From: Lepidodermella squamata
Taxonomy: Eukaryota; Animalia; Gastrotricha
DNA length: 64,000 bases
Assembly: GCA_047495785.1 (NCBI GenBank)
Contig: JBLDXI010000001.1
Span: forward strand, 2,108,001-2,172,000
Reading direction: 5' to 3'
In this document: positions 1-13,367 of the stretch, piece after piece
How the letters are laid out: every line of letters begins with the position of its first letter
Numbering within the stretch: the stretch's first letter is position 1
The notes under the pieces: generated by a model
What the model saw: only the letters and a program-made list of their open reading frames with translations
Told to the model about the DNA's origin: nothing
Database searches by the model: none
Made by a program: the position numbers and the translations under genes

Positions 1-1109
1 TGCATAGATCTTACCTTCGTATCACGGATCAATAATAATAAGCTGGAGTATATACTTATATTTTATGCGTGTTGTAGAGTGTTAGTCAAATATCGCTCAC
101 TTTCTGCTTTCTTGCTTTTATTTGAAACTATGACAAGTGCAAACCGGTACTTCGGTCAGATCCTGGTCATTCATAGCTGCTTATTATTTTTCAGTGACAT
201 GCTATATTATTTGTTTAGCATGTTTTTTCCCGCGTGAAATATTACCACGGATGCCTTGGCTTGTAAGATATGCTAATTTCTTGCTGATAACAAAATATCA
301 ACGATTGTGCCTTTTTGAAGAGAGTAATTCCTTACTTTCCAACAAAGTGTTGTCCATAAATTGATGTGTAATCATCTATATATTGTTTTGCTAAATGTTG
401 CCGTTTTGATTTGGTGCCGTGAGAATGAAAACTAGTAAGGTCAACTTCAACTGATGTAATGACATTGAAGGTATCAATAAACTTTGCTTGAAGCTACAAA
501 ACCCGATGTCTTAGTTTTAATATGCAGTCATAGTATCGTAATAATGTAGTAAAATGGCTTGTGAGTTTCCCTAATATCCCACCATATTTGATAGCTACTT
601 TGAAGCGAATTGTTCTTGGTTCCTGACTAATTACCGGCAGATTATTGTATTTCGTCGTTTTTATCATATCACGTGTGTCATTCCAGGTTCTAACTCAGCT
701 GATAAGCCACGATTTTTTCATCGAGAAACGCGTGTCTCCATTAGCATGCACGTAGCGAAGGTTAACGACTGTACTCACGCATTTTGCTCTATTTCAGTCA
801 TCCGAACCACACCAGCCACGTTTTCATCATTTTTCAACCCTAACCCTAGCGGCTTTTCGTAAAGCTTAAACAACCTGAAATAGAAAAAACGAATATCAAA
901 AGTTGGAATAGTCGCGTTTTACTTCTTCACAGTCGTTAAAAACGTGGTTCACCTCTCTCAACAAGAATATTCGCTGTTCGTATAAATTTTGACGTATATA
1001 ATAATAAATATTATTATTGTAAACAAAAAGGATTGAAGAGACCGGAATTATAGCAAAAATTGTGGATAAATAGCACTTTTCAACATCATGATATTGCATC
1101 ATAGAAATT

Positions 1110-4100
1110 TCAGGAAAGCTCGACAAGTAATGTGAACAGCAGCGCTGAAGAAACCAGCGTCGAAAATTGGAAAATGCTCATCGCGGAACTGTGTGCCTGT
1201 TCGTCCTCATCGGACCATTCGTACAGAGATATAGGAATTGCAACAGCATCAGATAAGGTAGTTGTGCTACTATGGCGCTTGGTCGATGAGCCCGAGTTGG
1301 TCGTGGTTTCAGGCTCACCTGAGGTCACTGTCGTCGAGGTTGTTGATTCTTCTTTCGCTGCCGTTGTTGTAGTAGTAGAGGGAGGGTTGGTTGTAGAGGT
1401 TGAGCTTGGCGTATTGGCGCCGGGGGTTCGGATAGGAACGGCTGGAGCAGGCGGTTTTGTCGATTGCGCAACCGCACTGGTTTTCGTTTTCAAATACTCA
1501 CTTTCAGCCGCATCAGCGTCTGGCGGCATTGAGCAGGGAGGTTCATTGGTCTTGCCTTGCATTTTCGAGACTGAATACATAGCTTCAGCTAATTTCTGGT
1601 TATTGCACACGTTTTTGATAGCCGAAGCCATACAGCCCGAAGATAAGGCGAACTGTTCGCAGTTGAGAGGCTCCGGGGCTGAGTCACCCTGTTTGCCACC
1701 CCCGCCGGGTATCAAATTGGCAAATTGGCCGAAGGAGGCGGAAAAGTCGCCATATGCAACGTTTTTGTAACCGCTGCAGTATTGCTGGTGAATATTGATG
1801 TCGTTATTATTACTCAGGCAATCAACGTATTGACTCAGCGCCTTGTCGACGCACAGGGTTGAAAGCACGGCTGCCCCGTCGCTGATAAGCTCTGGTAGAT
1901 TGGCGGGCAGTTTGGCGCCACCAGTTAGCCCGCCGAGCATACTCAATACACTCGGGCATTGCTGTAGAAGCTTGAGACACGCAAGAACTGAAGTGCTGCT
2001 TTTGCATAGAGCTTCGGTATTTCGGCGTAGCTTGGCGATGTCGTCTTTAGAGTAAGATCCTGTTTAGAAAAAATGGTCAATAGTTTTGATGGAAATTCAT
2101 GTAAAAATCGATATAGCACATAACAACCTACTAAGAATAACAACGCTCTTATTAGATTTCATCCATAAAGGTTTATCTAATTTTAGAGTTTATGCAAATA
2201 AAGCGGGAGTGTTTATTGGAATAAAAATAGAGAATCATCGATCCAAACCTACCTGAGAGAATAGCAATGAAAAACAAAAAGAGGCTACTTAAAGCTCTGA
2301 ATCTGATTGTACAAGGTTTAGGAATTATAGGAATAGGATTCCATAGGTTGTAGGAACTCGGTGATTTTTACATTTTCTACACGTTTTCGGAGGTCAAATC
2401 GGGTTTCAAATTGTGCAGAAAATAGCGAAATTTCTAAATCTAACCTGTTTTATCTTGCTTCGACTGAATTGTTGCCGTTTCATTCATCAAAGCTAGCAGA
2501 GTAGGAAGCTGACTTTGAAGAGGGAGACACGTCGATGCAACCTTGATCATTCCATCAGCCGGGCAAGCCGCCGGCTTCGTCGTTGTAGCCGATGGCGCTA
2601 CAACTGGCACAGTTTGAGGAGGACGAGTTGCCATTGTTTCAGCAGGTCTCGTTGCCACAGTTTTTGGTTTAGTTGTTGTTGTTGTTGTCGGTTTCGTAGT
2701 TGTCGTTGTCGTAGCCGCTTTGGTTGTAGTCCGCTGGGTAGTTGTTGTCGTAGTTGTTGGCTTCGGCGTTGTAGTAGCCGCAGGCGCGTTTTTCAGGTAA
2801 TCAGCCTCAGCAGCATCAGCAGTAGCCGGCAATTGGCACGGCGGCGTGTTGCCCTTGCCTTGAATTTTCGAAACCGAGTACAACGCATCGCTTATTTCTT
2901 TACCACACGTCTTCTTCACGGCCGATGACATGCAGCCGGAAAATTCGGCGAATTCGCGGCAATCAAACCCAGGCTTCGCCGCGGACGATCCTCCCTTTCC
3001 AGCGCCTGGTATCAGGTTGGAAAACGAGGAAAACGATGAGGAGAAGTCGCCGAACGACACTCCCTTATAGGTACTGCAATACTGGCTGCGAAAGTTGACG
3101 CCGTTGTTGCGGCCAATGCAGTCGACGTAGTTTGACAGGCCCTTTCTGGTGCACATGGTTCCGAGCAGCTCGACACCGTCCCCGATAAGTTCGGGCAAAT
3201 TGGGCGGTAACTTAGTGCCGCCGCCCAGCCCACCGACCAGACTCAGCACGCTTGGGCACTTTTGCAGCAGTTTCAGACAGTTCAACACCTGATCGCTGCT
3301 TTTGCACAACGTGTTTGCGCTGTCTTTCATTTGAGCTGGAAATAGAAAAGTAAGTCAATAAAGTTAAAGTCGCAACCAACTCATGTCAATTTTTCGGTGC
3401 GAAAGCCTAAGAATTTGAAAATTTAGCATAATAATCGCATCTACCATTAAGTGTCGAAATTACTCTAAACGTGATCGACTTTAATATCCACTTAACGATT
3501 TCTCTCATGGGCTTAAAGGAGGAACAAATTTTTCAAATTTTCAATTGTTCCTCTCAAAATCGAATTATTTCAACATTTTCGAGGATTTTATGATCATCTC
3601 ACGGCATTTAATTATCATCGTGATTAAAAACGATTCGAAATCTAACACTTTTACGATTTTCGAGCTTTGAGTTTTGTAGCAAGTTTTTGAATTCGGTTCC
3701 GTAGTGTTCAATTTTGGTTCCGCAGCGGGTTTTTTTGTCCCCGTAGTTGCGTCACTCTGGTGCACCGGGCTAAAAGTATATTTGCGAACCACTGGCCTCA
3801 ACTAAGTGTTGGGCGACTAAATCAATAAAGCAAACTAAGCCAATAAACTAAACCAATAAACTAAACGCACGGAACTCCAAGGAAATTATCATTATTTTTC
3901 AAAAATAAAAACTCACATATTTCACTTGCGGTGAAAGTGCCAGTTTTGTCCTGGATTCCCGATAATATCGACATTTGCGTCAACAGGCCCGGAAGTTGAT
4001 TTTGAAGTGGAAGGCAAAGACTGGCGACTTTCATGAGACCATCCGGCGGACACCCGGAATCGGCAGCTGATGCCGAGTTCAGTGAAATTAACAAAAACAA

Positions 4101-4166
4101 AATCTTAAAAATAGCCGTTGATGTGACTGCCATCCCAACATATCGTTGGGACTCCACCGTCGGCAT
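1110..4166 (-). CDS. Secreted, probably GPI-anchored surface protein with two tandem Cys-rich domains and Thr-rich stalks (about 696 aa; exons 4166-3917, 3335-2445, 2059-1110)
   Basis: Three ORF-track pieces join in frame across two phase-1 GT-AG introns. N-terminal hydrophobic signal (ILFLLISLNSASA). The domain CPxDG..VASxCLPLQ..LP/LCKS..CL.LL..CPS..LPxNLPELI..C occurs twice. Thr-rich linkers and a C-terminal hydrophobic tail (SSAMSIFQFSTLVSSALLFTLLVELS). Confidence 0.8.
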
Positions 4167-7100
4167 TTCTGATCCCTATAAACAAATAGCAATGGTAAAA
4201 ATAAATGAGCGTAATTACTACAACTGATGAATCAGTAATTAATGAAATGGAAGAGAGACTGTCCTACAATGGCTGGTATAGACTAGGCCAGCACTCGGAG
4301 ACAATAGAAGAGCAAAATCTGCAGCGGTGATGAACGCGGAGGCGGTGCACTTGTTGAGCACGCATTCATGAAAGCAGAAGCTTGAGACGAACACCATCAA
4401 TAATATAGCCCGATATCGGGTAAAACGGAAGGAGGGTACATCATAACACATCGGTAATATCCAAATGTGTTGTCTTTATAGCCCAAGGTAGCAGACGATG
4501 ATGATGACGTCGCATCAAAACGTGCCGGGCGGTTTTATATTATATGCGAGAAGATGAAGAGCTAGCCTGGTACCTGTATATATACTAATTATTCTGATGC
4601 GCCAAGCTGACATGTATTTTTGCATGGTTACGCTGCTACGGTGGATGGGAAAAAAGCTGATATCAAGCAGTAGTGTGCCGCATCTTGAGCCGCAATCGTT
4701 CGTAAGTAGAGTGTCTTGCTGGCAAGTAGGGGCGGCCATTTCTACTGCCTTATATATCACAAGTAGGCGCGCGTGCTGTCGCGCCAAAATGCGCGCAAAC
4801 ACGCCAGGCGATGACGAGTAGAAAAAATAGCACACGAAGATACAAAACCAAGCGCGGAAAAAAATTGGCCGGTGAACGTGCATTATAATGCGGCTAATAA
4901 TAAATAATCTCATGACAAATATTTGCGATAGGAAGTGACGATGGTCGGCCATCATCCTGGCGATTTTTTCAACGACCAACTTCATCATTTTACACACTTA
5001 TTATAAAAAGCTAGACAGGAAATTGTAATTGCCGCGCCTTGAAGAGAAAGCAATCTTCATTTTTACACCTCTTCGTTTATACTTCATTTTTCATTAGTAT
5101 TACATTATTACTAGTACAGCCGCAAGGAAATTTGAGCCGTGCGTGTGTTTACTCGGATATTTTTCATGTCGATTTCGGTTTCCGTGGGAGAAACGATTGA
5201 TTAAATTTTTTTGATAACTTGCTAGACGCCTCAGGTATACAGCATGTTTTGAGTGTGATGAATCGATAAATAAACGTTCACTCAGCGGCATCGCTTGCCA
5301 GCTGTGTCGACAATAAACTCCGGTTAGACGATGATGACCTATGCAATACATAAACAGCTGCAGCTGTTGTAATAATTATACGAGCTATAAATGTATTATT
5401 TTACTTCACGTCATACAACTTGGCTTAGCTGATCCTGCCTGAAACAAGTCATTTTTATTTCATCTGAAATGAATTTAAATAAGCACTTGAGCGGTATCAA
5501 AAATGGCCTAAATATCGGTTTGACACCATTTCATTTTTATCGCTAATTTTTGTGTTTATTAAAAACAGCCCACTATGCGTAATCTACAAGCAGCCTGGCC
5601 GCTTTTATCTCCGTTTTTCAACAAATGTTGATACAAGTTTTATCTATCAGACCCAATACAGGCTAAATATTGATAGCGCAAAACTATTACGCACCGCCGG
5701 CAATTTTTCAGAGTAGAAGTCGCGCCCTCTTGCTTAGTCACGCCGCGTCACGGGAATTTCGCCTCTCAGCTCTACCTTTCAGTAATCTGAGCTGCATTTT
5801 ATAGTCTTATGTACATAGCAATATGGCGTAGGAGAAAAGCTAGATTCCACCCGTGCGAATCGTTTCAACATGTTAGCAACTGCCTATCAGTATAAAACAA
5901 AGCCCCGACGTCTGTAAATATTTAACCTAAACAACAAAAATTAGGCCGAAAAAAGTTGCTTTGGTAATCTCAAATGGGCTGCGCATTTTCATACACGGGT
6001 AATTTTAATTGATACTCATCGCGCGATTGTCATCAGCTTTCAAATTTGGTTTTTACTCCGTTATGATAAATAAATCACAAGATAAATATTATTCGGCAAT
6101 AATTTATTTAGCTATTCCTGAAGCCTAAATTATGCACGGTTGCCGTGTTCATTCACTAAAAAGTGTCACTGTGCCAACACTGGGTTGCGCATATTTCTAG
6201 CAAAAGCTACATGCGCTAAAAACTAATATAGAAATCCAACCTTAGAAATATTGCCTACGACTTGAACACGCTCGAAAATTTTCTATATAACAAAGGTATT
6301 TAGGGTTATATAATTTATACACTGACGCACGCCCTCATTTTTTCACTCAGCCTCTGATTCCGATTCTTAATATAAAACTGGCTTGGTTTAGCATAAACTC
6401 GTCGTCAGCAGTTCGTAGACATGAATCATATTGATGTAGTTCCGATGAATAAGCACTATTTTTCATAGTCTAATTGAAAACCAGTGTGTTCATATATAAA
6501 ATTCGTTGTCTTCGACAAGTGTTTTTCTAGGCCAAAGCACATGTTCGTTTTTTATATCCAATCACTGCATCTGCGTCTCAAATTTCTTGCCGCAGCCCCT
6601 AATGGCAACTCCCCACGCGTTTGTTCACGCGGTTTCTTCCGACACTAGGCTATTTGTTTAAAATCGATGTAAATTTAGCCGTTCAAAGATCAAACATTTC
6701 AAGCTTGATTAAAAAACGTATGTGTCGGCTATATCATCGCTTTTTTACTACACTGGAAAAGGTGTTGAAAGCTTTTTTATAATAATTTAATATTTAACGG
6801 CAGAATCCTGATTTTTAACATGCCGCCTTCTTTGTCCCAACATTTTTTGAAGTTAAACTATCGTCTGATTGAATTTCTCCCACACGACCGGCGTTAGAGA
6901 TTAAATTTCTTATCCGCATGCAGTTGATTTGTTGATGTATACGGATGGCTGAGTGCTTAGTATTGATAATTTAATCGATAAAACTGTTTTCATTTCATGG
7001 ACATCATCGCGGTATATACATTATATACATCTCACAGTCGCCGCCTGCTATTCTATCATCGCGCTTGAGCAGAAATTTTAACCATGTTTACAATTCATTT

Positions 7101-7179
7101 CATCCGCGCCTCTCCTCTCTCTTCCAGTGGCAGCAAAATCTACTCTTTGCTTTCGATGCTTCAATCGACCGATAGGTTT

Positions 7180-8030
7180 GGTAGATGGTGACATGCGCCC
7201 AGAATTTTGCGCCCAGCGTGTTTGCGCCCACAAAAATGCGCCCCGACTTTTGCGCTCTGACTACTGAGCCCATAAAATTACGCCTTGACATTTGCGCCCC
7301 GACCTTTGCGCCCAGTGTTCTTTCCGCTTTGCCAATGGCAACTGTTTCATGGTGCTCATATCTTCGAGATGTTAGTTAATTTCATGTTACCATGGAGGAG
7401 TACAATTTTGAAAGGTAAACGTTTTTTCCACTACATGGCATACCTGCGGTTGACTTCCTAAAATTCTGGAAAAATATCTAAAAAGTATCTTGGCTCCTGT
7501 AGAATAAGGCTATCGATTTTGTTTTCCCGGATTCGATTCTATTATTGACAGCTGATTTTTTGGAATCGAACCTTCGATAACCCTAAAATCACCTCTCTGG
7601 ATCCCTTCACCTGGGTGGTTTTCTATTAAATATCTGAAAAGTCTAATACAAAAGTCATAAAATGACTGCGTTTTCCATTAATGAGCACGCTTGAATGTGC
7701 ATCGACTTTTCGCCAACACAGAACTATAGAATAAGAAAATAATTTTCAGGTATATCTTCTTTAATCACAGATCAGGTATTTGGGGAACAGCCAGTTCATA
7801 TTAGGATCTATATGATTAGGAGAACAAAGTTATCTTCCAACAAACAAATCTCGGGGCGCAAGTGTCAGGGCGCAATTATCAGGGCGTAAAAATACGGGGC
7901 GCAAAAGTCGGGGCGCAAATGTCAAGGCGCTTGAATCTGGGCGCAAATGTCGGGGCGCCAAAGTCAGAGCGCATTTTTGTGGGCGCAAACACGCTGGGCG
8001 CAAAAAACTGGGCGCATGTAACTACAATTC
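7180..8030. mobile_element. Non-autonomous Mutator/foldback-like DNA transposon
   Basis: Long terminal inverted arrays of TTTGCGCCC-like units (7190-7315 vs 7852-8020), G...C ends, and a perfect flanking direct repeat GATAGGTTT (7171-7179 and 8031-8039). Confidence 0.8.
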
Positions 8031-9130
8031 GATAGGTTTAATTGTGTTATTGCATCATCGTAATATTGCAAATGGGACAATGATTTTATATCGCCCATGC
8101 GACTTTCTAGGATAACTAATGTCTTATATATACGATAATGCATGACCAAGAAAATGTATACATCTGCTATATCGCGTGTTGATGGCTGCATATAGTCGTC
8201 GCGCAAATATCTGCTCCTAAGCTATTTAAGCGAAAATAATATATTTTATCGGAAATATACTGCATGCGGCAACTACTGGCTAATAACATGCTATAAAACG
8301 AGACATCTGCGGCACACACACACTCGCGCAGACTCCGGCTTTTTGCGGATTCTACTCGAGTTCAGCGTTTCTATTATACAAGTTGGCGTTGGCTACCAGA
8401 ACAGCACTCGCCTCATTGAAAATTCCTTGACAAGAACGCGGATCGATACCTTTTTACGCATTTTCGCTCAAAACTCAAGAAGTGGTTGAATGTTATATTA
8501 CAGTTTTAGTAATGCAAATGATCAGCATTATTACTCAGACATAAAACTCGCTAAATGAGAAGACCAAAGTCTATTCTCGAGCTTAAAATTGCATGCTATT
8601 CTATCGCGCGCTGGCGACACTTTCGAGCGAACGCCACCTTGATATAAGTAGCTCGTCACGATTATTGCCATGCTGAAAATTCCTCCTTAATCATTTTTTT
8701 TAACCCAGCAATTTGTCCAGTTTATTTCATTTGCTTGGAGAGCTGATTCGCTAAGAGAAGCTAACCGGTGAGAAGTCCTTTATTTACAAATCGTTATCGT
8801 GTTGTTAATTGTTAGCACATCACCATCAGGGTAGGAATGGTTCCAATTAGTAGTGACCGATATTCCTCCCTTGCTTTATCCGCAGTTGTTTTTCATTCAT
8901 GTGCACGTCATGAACAACTATGCCAATGGCGGTTTTTATTACACGTCATGCATTGCGAATGCGTGCCAATTACATTCATTGCTAAATTTATTGCTGCGCT
9001 TGTCGAAAAAACGCAAACCTCACGTCGATTAAAATTTGCTACAAAGTAGAACGTGTGCTTCCATGTCGGCTTTTAACTGTATGATTTCTTGTGATTTTAT
9101 AGTGTTTATTATACGAATTGTCTTCATCTA

Positions 9131-10783
9131 ATGACTGTGGACAAGGGTGGCGTGCGTTACTTCACGCGTGGTGAAATAATTGCATCGCATGCAAAACAAG
9201 GCAAGTACTACGTGATCAATGACTCGAAGGTTTACGATGTCACCTCATGGGTTCCCCACCATCCTGGCGGTGAACTGGTCCTCCGTCACATGATCGGCCG
9301 CGATGCGACTGATCAAATCATGATTAGCCATTCCGATGAAGTCATTCGTAAAATGAACGCCTTCTGTGTTGGGCGCATCGTCGAAGACAACGGCGAGACG
9401 ATAAATCGGCCGCTATCTCTAGCTTTCCGGAAACTGAACGAGGAATTCAAGCAGAAGGGTTTCTATGACACTGACTATTGGTTCTTCGCCAAGCACTACG
9501 CCCGCTTTCTATCACTTATGGTGCTTTCAGTTTTGACGTTGCTCAAGTGGGGCGACTCGTTTGTCGGCTGTACAGTAGCTGCTTTTCTCATGGGTGCATT
9601 TTGGCAGGTACGAGATTCGTTAACAAAGCCCTTTAATTTTTTTTTAAATTTGTCCTTTCTTTCCACAGCAAATGGCGTTTGTTGCCCACGACACTGGACA
9701 CAATGGCGTTACTCATGTACGGAAAATTGACGGACTTTTCGGTATTATACTCGGTAATTGCCTCGGCGGCATTTCAATCGGCTGGTGGAAAGGCTCGCAT
9801 AACGTTCATCACATCGTCACGAACGACCCCGAGCACGACCCAGACATTCAGGTACGCTTTTATTGGATTTTCCCGCTATTTTTATCCGGCATAGATATTA
9901 TTGACCTGACCCAATTCCTAGTTGGAGGACAATTTTTTTTTGGCATTGATCCATCTAATATTTATTATTATCATGGCGATGTTGATCAGGAAATCATGAA
10001 TCAGATTTCCGCAATATAATCCACATTTAAAAATAACACAAATTTGAAGATTTTAACCTTTTATTGATTTTATAGCTGATGCCGTTTTTCATGCTGTCTG
10101 AGCGATTTTTCGAACCAATATACTCGACATTTCACCGGAAACAGTTCACTCTGGACTGGTTCTGCGTAATTCTCGTACCACTGCAGCATATCATGTACTA
10201 TCCACTCCTGATGATGGGTCGCTTCAACTTGTACGCCCAGTCATTCATCTACCTCTACAAGAACAAAACTTACTTTCGTTCGCTGGAAATCGCCGGCTTG
10301 TTGTTTTTCTGGACTTGGTTTTTGACGCTAGTCACTTCAAGCATTCCCGACTTCTACAGCCGCATCTATTTCATTTTGTTGTCACATATGGTTACATTTA
10401 TTTTACACGTGCAAATCACTCTGTCACATTTCGCCATGTCGACGGAGCCGCAGAACGATGACGAAGAATTCGTCCGATATCAGTTGCGAACGACGCTTGA
10501 TGTCGATTGCCCGGAGTGGTTCGACTTTTTCCACGGCGGTCTGCAATTTCAAATGGCGCACCACCTTTTCCCGCGGATGCCTCGCCACAACCTGAGACGG
10601 GCGCGTGATCGTATTGTTGAGTTTTGCAAAGAACACGGCTTGACGTACAACATAAAGACATTCTCCGACGGTAACATGTTCGTACTTCGCCACCTTAAAG
10701 CAATCGGTGATCAGGTGAAGTTCTACGCGCATGTTGCGACGAAAAACATGGAACTCGAGATGACGCATCAACATGAACAGTGA
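9131..10783 (+). CDS. Cytochrome b5-fused front-end desaturase, Delta8-sphingolipid desaturase-like (about 455 aa; exons 9131-9607, 9669-9851, 10076-10783)
   Basis: HPGG haem motif and three His boxes HDTGH, HNVHH, QMAHHLFP. Two phase-0 GT-AG introns restore a continuous frame. Confidence 0.93.
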
Positions 10784-11293
10784 AAATCGCTTATATTCTC
10801 GAGTATTTTCGACGATTGCTGTGTTCTTGTGTGATTGATTGTATTCTTTTATATTAGCTAAATAATTATAAAATTATTACTACTGTAATAACTTCTTTGA
10901 AAAAAGAGACCTTTTACCAGTGTATAATGTACAATTCAAATGCCGATGCTCTGAAAATTGTGAAGTGCCTGGTAAATCGCGCTTCCTTTTTTTAAAAACT
11001 TCGTCACGTAAACTATTATGATAGTGCTATTTTGATGTCATACGAACAGGTGAGAAGAAAACAAGGCTTTCTATTTTAAGATGAACTGTGCAGCAAGAAT
11101 TGGCCAAAAATGCTGATTTTCTATATATTACGATATATACTATATGCTATCCTGTAAATATGTAAACACAGCCATTTCTACGTCAATATCTTCTTGTTTC
11201 TGATCATTTTGGAGAAATGCTTATAAATAAAAAGCTTCTGTCTGGTCAGCAGAAATGAACTTTTTAACGGTCAATTTTTTTCGAATTCAAAAT

Positions 11294-12578
11294 GGGTCTG
11301 CCAAAGTGCGCACCATAAATTGAGGTTCCGAGCACCAAATGTGAGACTCCAGCGCAACATATCCCCAACATTTGGTTCTTCGAATTTCACGTCTTTAAAA
11401 GCATCCAGCTTACGAGTTCGATTCAACCTGCGAAGCCAATATCGATTCCAAGAATTGATTTCACAAACAAGTAATTTTTCCGATATTAGCCCTAACCGGC
11501 CTGGAACCCAACATCGATGTAACATAGGGCACCAAGTTGCTGAAGAAGAAATCTCTGGCTTCGGGAGGGCACCAGTATCGATAAAGAAAAAAAAGCCGAG
11601 ATCGCAAAGATGAGGAAAATACGGTGCCGGTTACTTAATGTTAGCACTGGAAGTTCATTTTTAATGGCTCCAAATATTTCCACCACTAAAATGAGGTTCC
11701 ACTGCGCTCTGGCAATACATTTTTCAGGTTCTTTGCGATTCCGGCGTTTTCGGTTTTTGATCAATACTGATACCCTCTCGGATCCTAGGATTCTTTATTT
11801 TGGCCACATGGGGCCTTATAAGCTACGTACAAAGTTATGTTGGTTCCAAGGCGGCTGATATCGGGTAAAACAATGATTTGTAAAATCGATACTTGGAATC
11901 GATATCGGCTCTATAGGATGAAGTATAATTCGAAAACTGACCGCTCATAGCGCGTAATATGAAGGTCTATCAGTTAGGCATGATAAAATAAAAGGGTGCC
12001 AACTTTCATACATAAATATGTATGAAAATTTTAACTTTCATACATAATTATGTACGACAAAATTAACTTTCATACATATTTTTTTTCATTAAATTCAAGC
12101 TGAAAACATTAGGGAGATGCCAGATGACTAGTTTTCGGTTTATGTGAAAGGAGAACGGGGTTCGGAAAGCGCAGTCAATTTTTTCCGCATGAAAATGGTT
12201 ATTGGGGAAGCGCAAGGGCCCAAAAATCGAGCTTCGTAGAAACCCGAAACTCGAACTACCCTAACCCTAACCTTAATCCTGAACACTAACCAAACCCTAA
12301 ACCTAACCCAAACCCGAACCCGAACCCTGGCACCTAACCCAAACCCCCAACCCCAATTCCTAATCACAGTTTGGCTAAAAAACACGATTTTATGAAAAAA
12401 AATATGTATGAAAGTTAATTTTGTCATACATAATTATGTATGAAAGTGCACTTCGAAAATAAAATTGGGATTCCAGTGAAGACTAGAAATTCGAAAACCA
12501 TACTTAGTGGAAATCGTGTGCTGGAATCTCAACTTTTGTGCTGTAACCCTAAATTTAGGGTGTACACTTGGCATGCCC
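11294..12578. mobile_element. Two inverted adjacent copies of a dispersed ~400-bp MITE family; the second copy is interrupted by a nested element
   Basis: Ends GGGTCTGCCAAAGTGCGCACC and GGGTGTACACTTGGCATGCCC are inverted. The core (AAATCGATACTTGGAATCGATATCGGCTCTATA...CTGACCGCTCATAGCGCG) is shared with the copies at 36.4 and 47.7 kb. Confidence 0.75.
11994..12455. mobile_element. Nested Mutator-like MITE carrying a degenerate (CCCTAA)n tract
   Basis: TIRs built from ACTTTCATACATAA units. Direct repeat AAAATAAAA at 11985-11993 and 12456-12464. The insert is absent from the uninterrupted host copy at about 36745. Telomere-like repeats at about 12258-12362. Confidence 0.75.
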
Positions 12579-13367
12579 ATTTTTAATTGTGCAAATATGT
12601 CGACCCTTTTGAAAAATTGTGTAAAAAAAGTTAAGAAAAATCTCTCTCTCTTTTTATTGTTTTGCTTTCAGATTTTCAGTCGCTCATTTCTTTTCGTAAT
12701 TAAATTGGTTGAAAAATTGTTATTGACAATATAACGTTATATATGATTTACATACCGTATAACAATATATCGATAAGATTCATAAATACGTAGCAACAAT
12801 TTTCATAAGATATAATTAAGAAGAAATGCGATGGATTTCGCATTTGATATTATTTACGTCAATTTTTGAAATATATTAGAAAAATTGAGACACAAGTTTT
12901 TTTTTTAGCTAGGCATAGGCACATGTTGTTTTCGCGCGCACTTTGGTGGAGATAATCAACAAACGATCTAAAAATTCCAAGAGGTTTGAAAACAGGTTCC
13001 TCCAGGGTATAACACAAATGCAATAAGGTGATTGATGTTATAAAGAAAGAAGCCTGCTGTGCTTTGTCAAAAAAACCAATCAGCTAGATATAAGTTCATC
13101 ATCAGCTATATATATTATAATGTTTTTTTTCGCGCGAGTTTTCGTCATCAACAAATTTTATTATAAAAGAAAAACAATAATTGAAGCAATAAAACCAAAA
13201 TGTGTCGATGAGTAAAAAAATTGGCGGATCTTCTTGCCATTATTTCATAATTAATTTTATGATTTTTTCTTCCAAGGGGAAAGTATGCGAAAGCAGCCGA
13301 TTTTTGACGTTGATTTCAGGATGACTGTCGTAAAAGTTTGATTGTGGTGCTAGTTATTCAACTAATG

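Noticed and set aside
836-850. AACCCTAACCCT as a telomerase RNA template or telomere
   Set aside because: Only two units, with no supporting pseudoknot or H/ACA structure visible.
1-880. Possible minus-strand exons at the left edge (e.g. about 874-780)
   Set aside because: Splice-like signals are present, but no consistent frame or recognisable product could be built.
1132-3233. Long plus-strand and alternate-frame ORFs over the surface-protein gene (also over CECR2, the M4 genes and others)
   Set aside because: They are antisense or frame shadows of well-supported, low-complexity coding exons.
7190-8020. Regularly spaced GCGCCC units as a CRISPR-like array
   Set aside because: Units are about 10-20 bp with no unique spacers, form inverted transposon termini, and there are no cas genes.
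12140-12427. 95-aa ORF with RVRVRV repeats
   Set aside because: Translation of the telomere-like tract inside a MITE.
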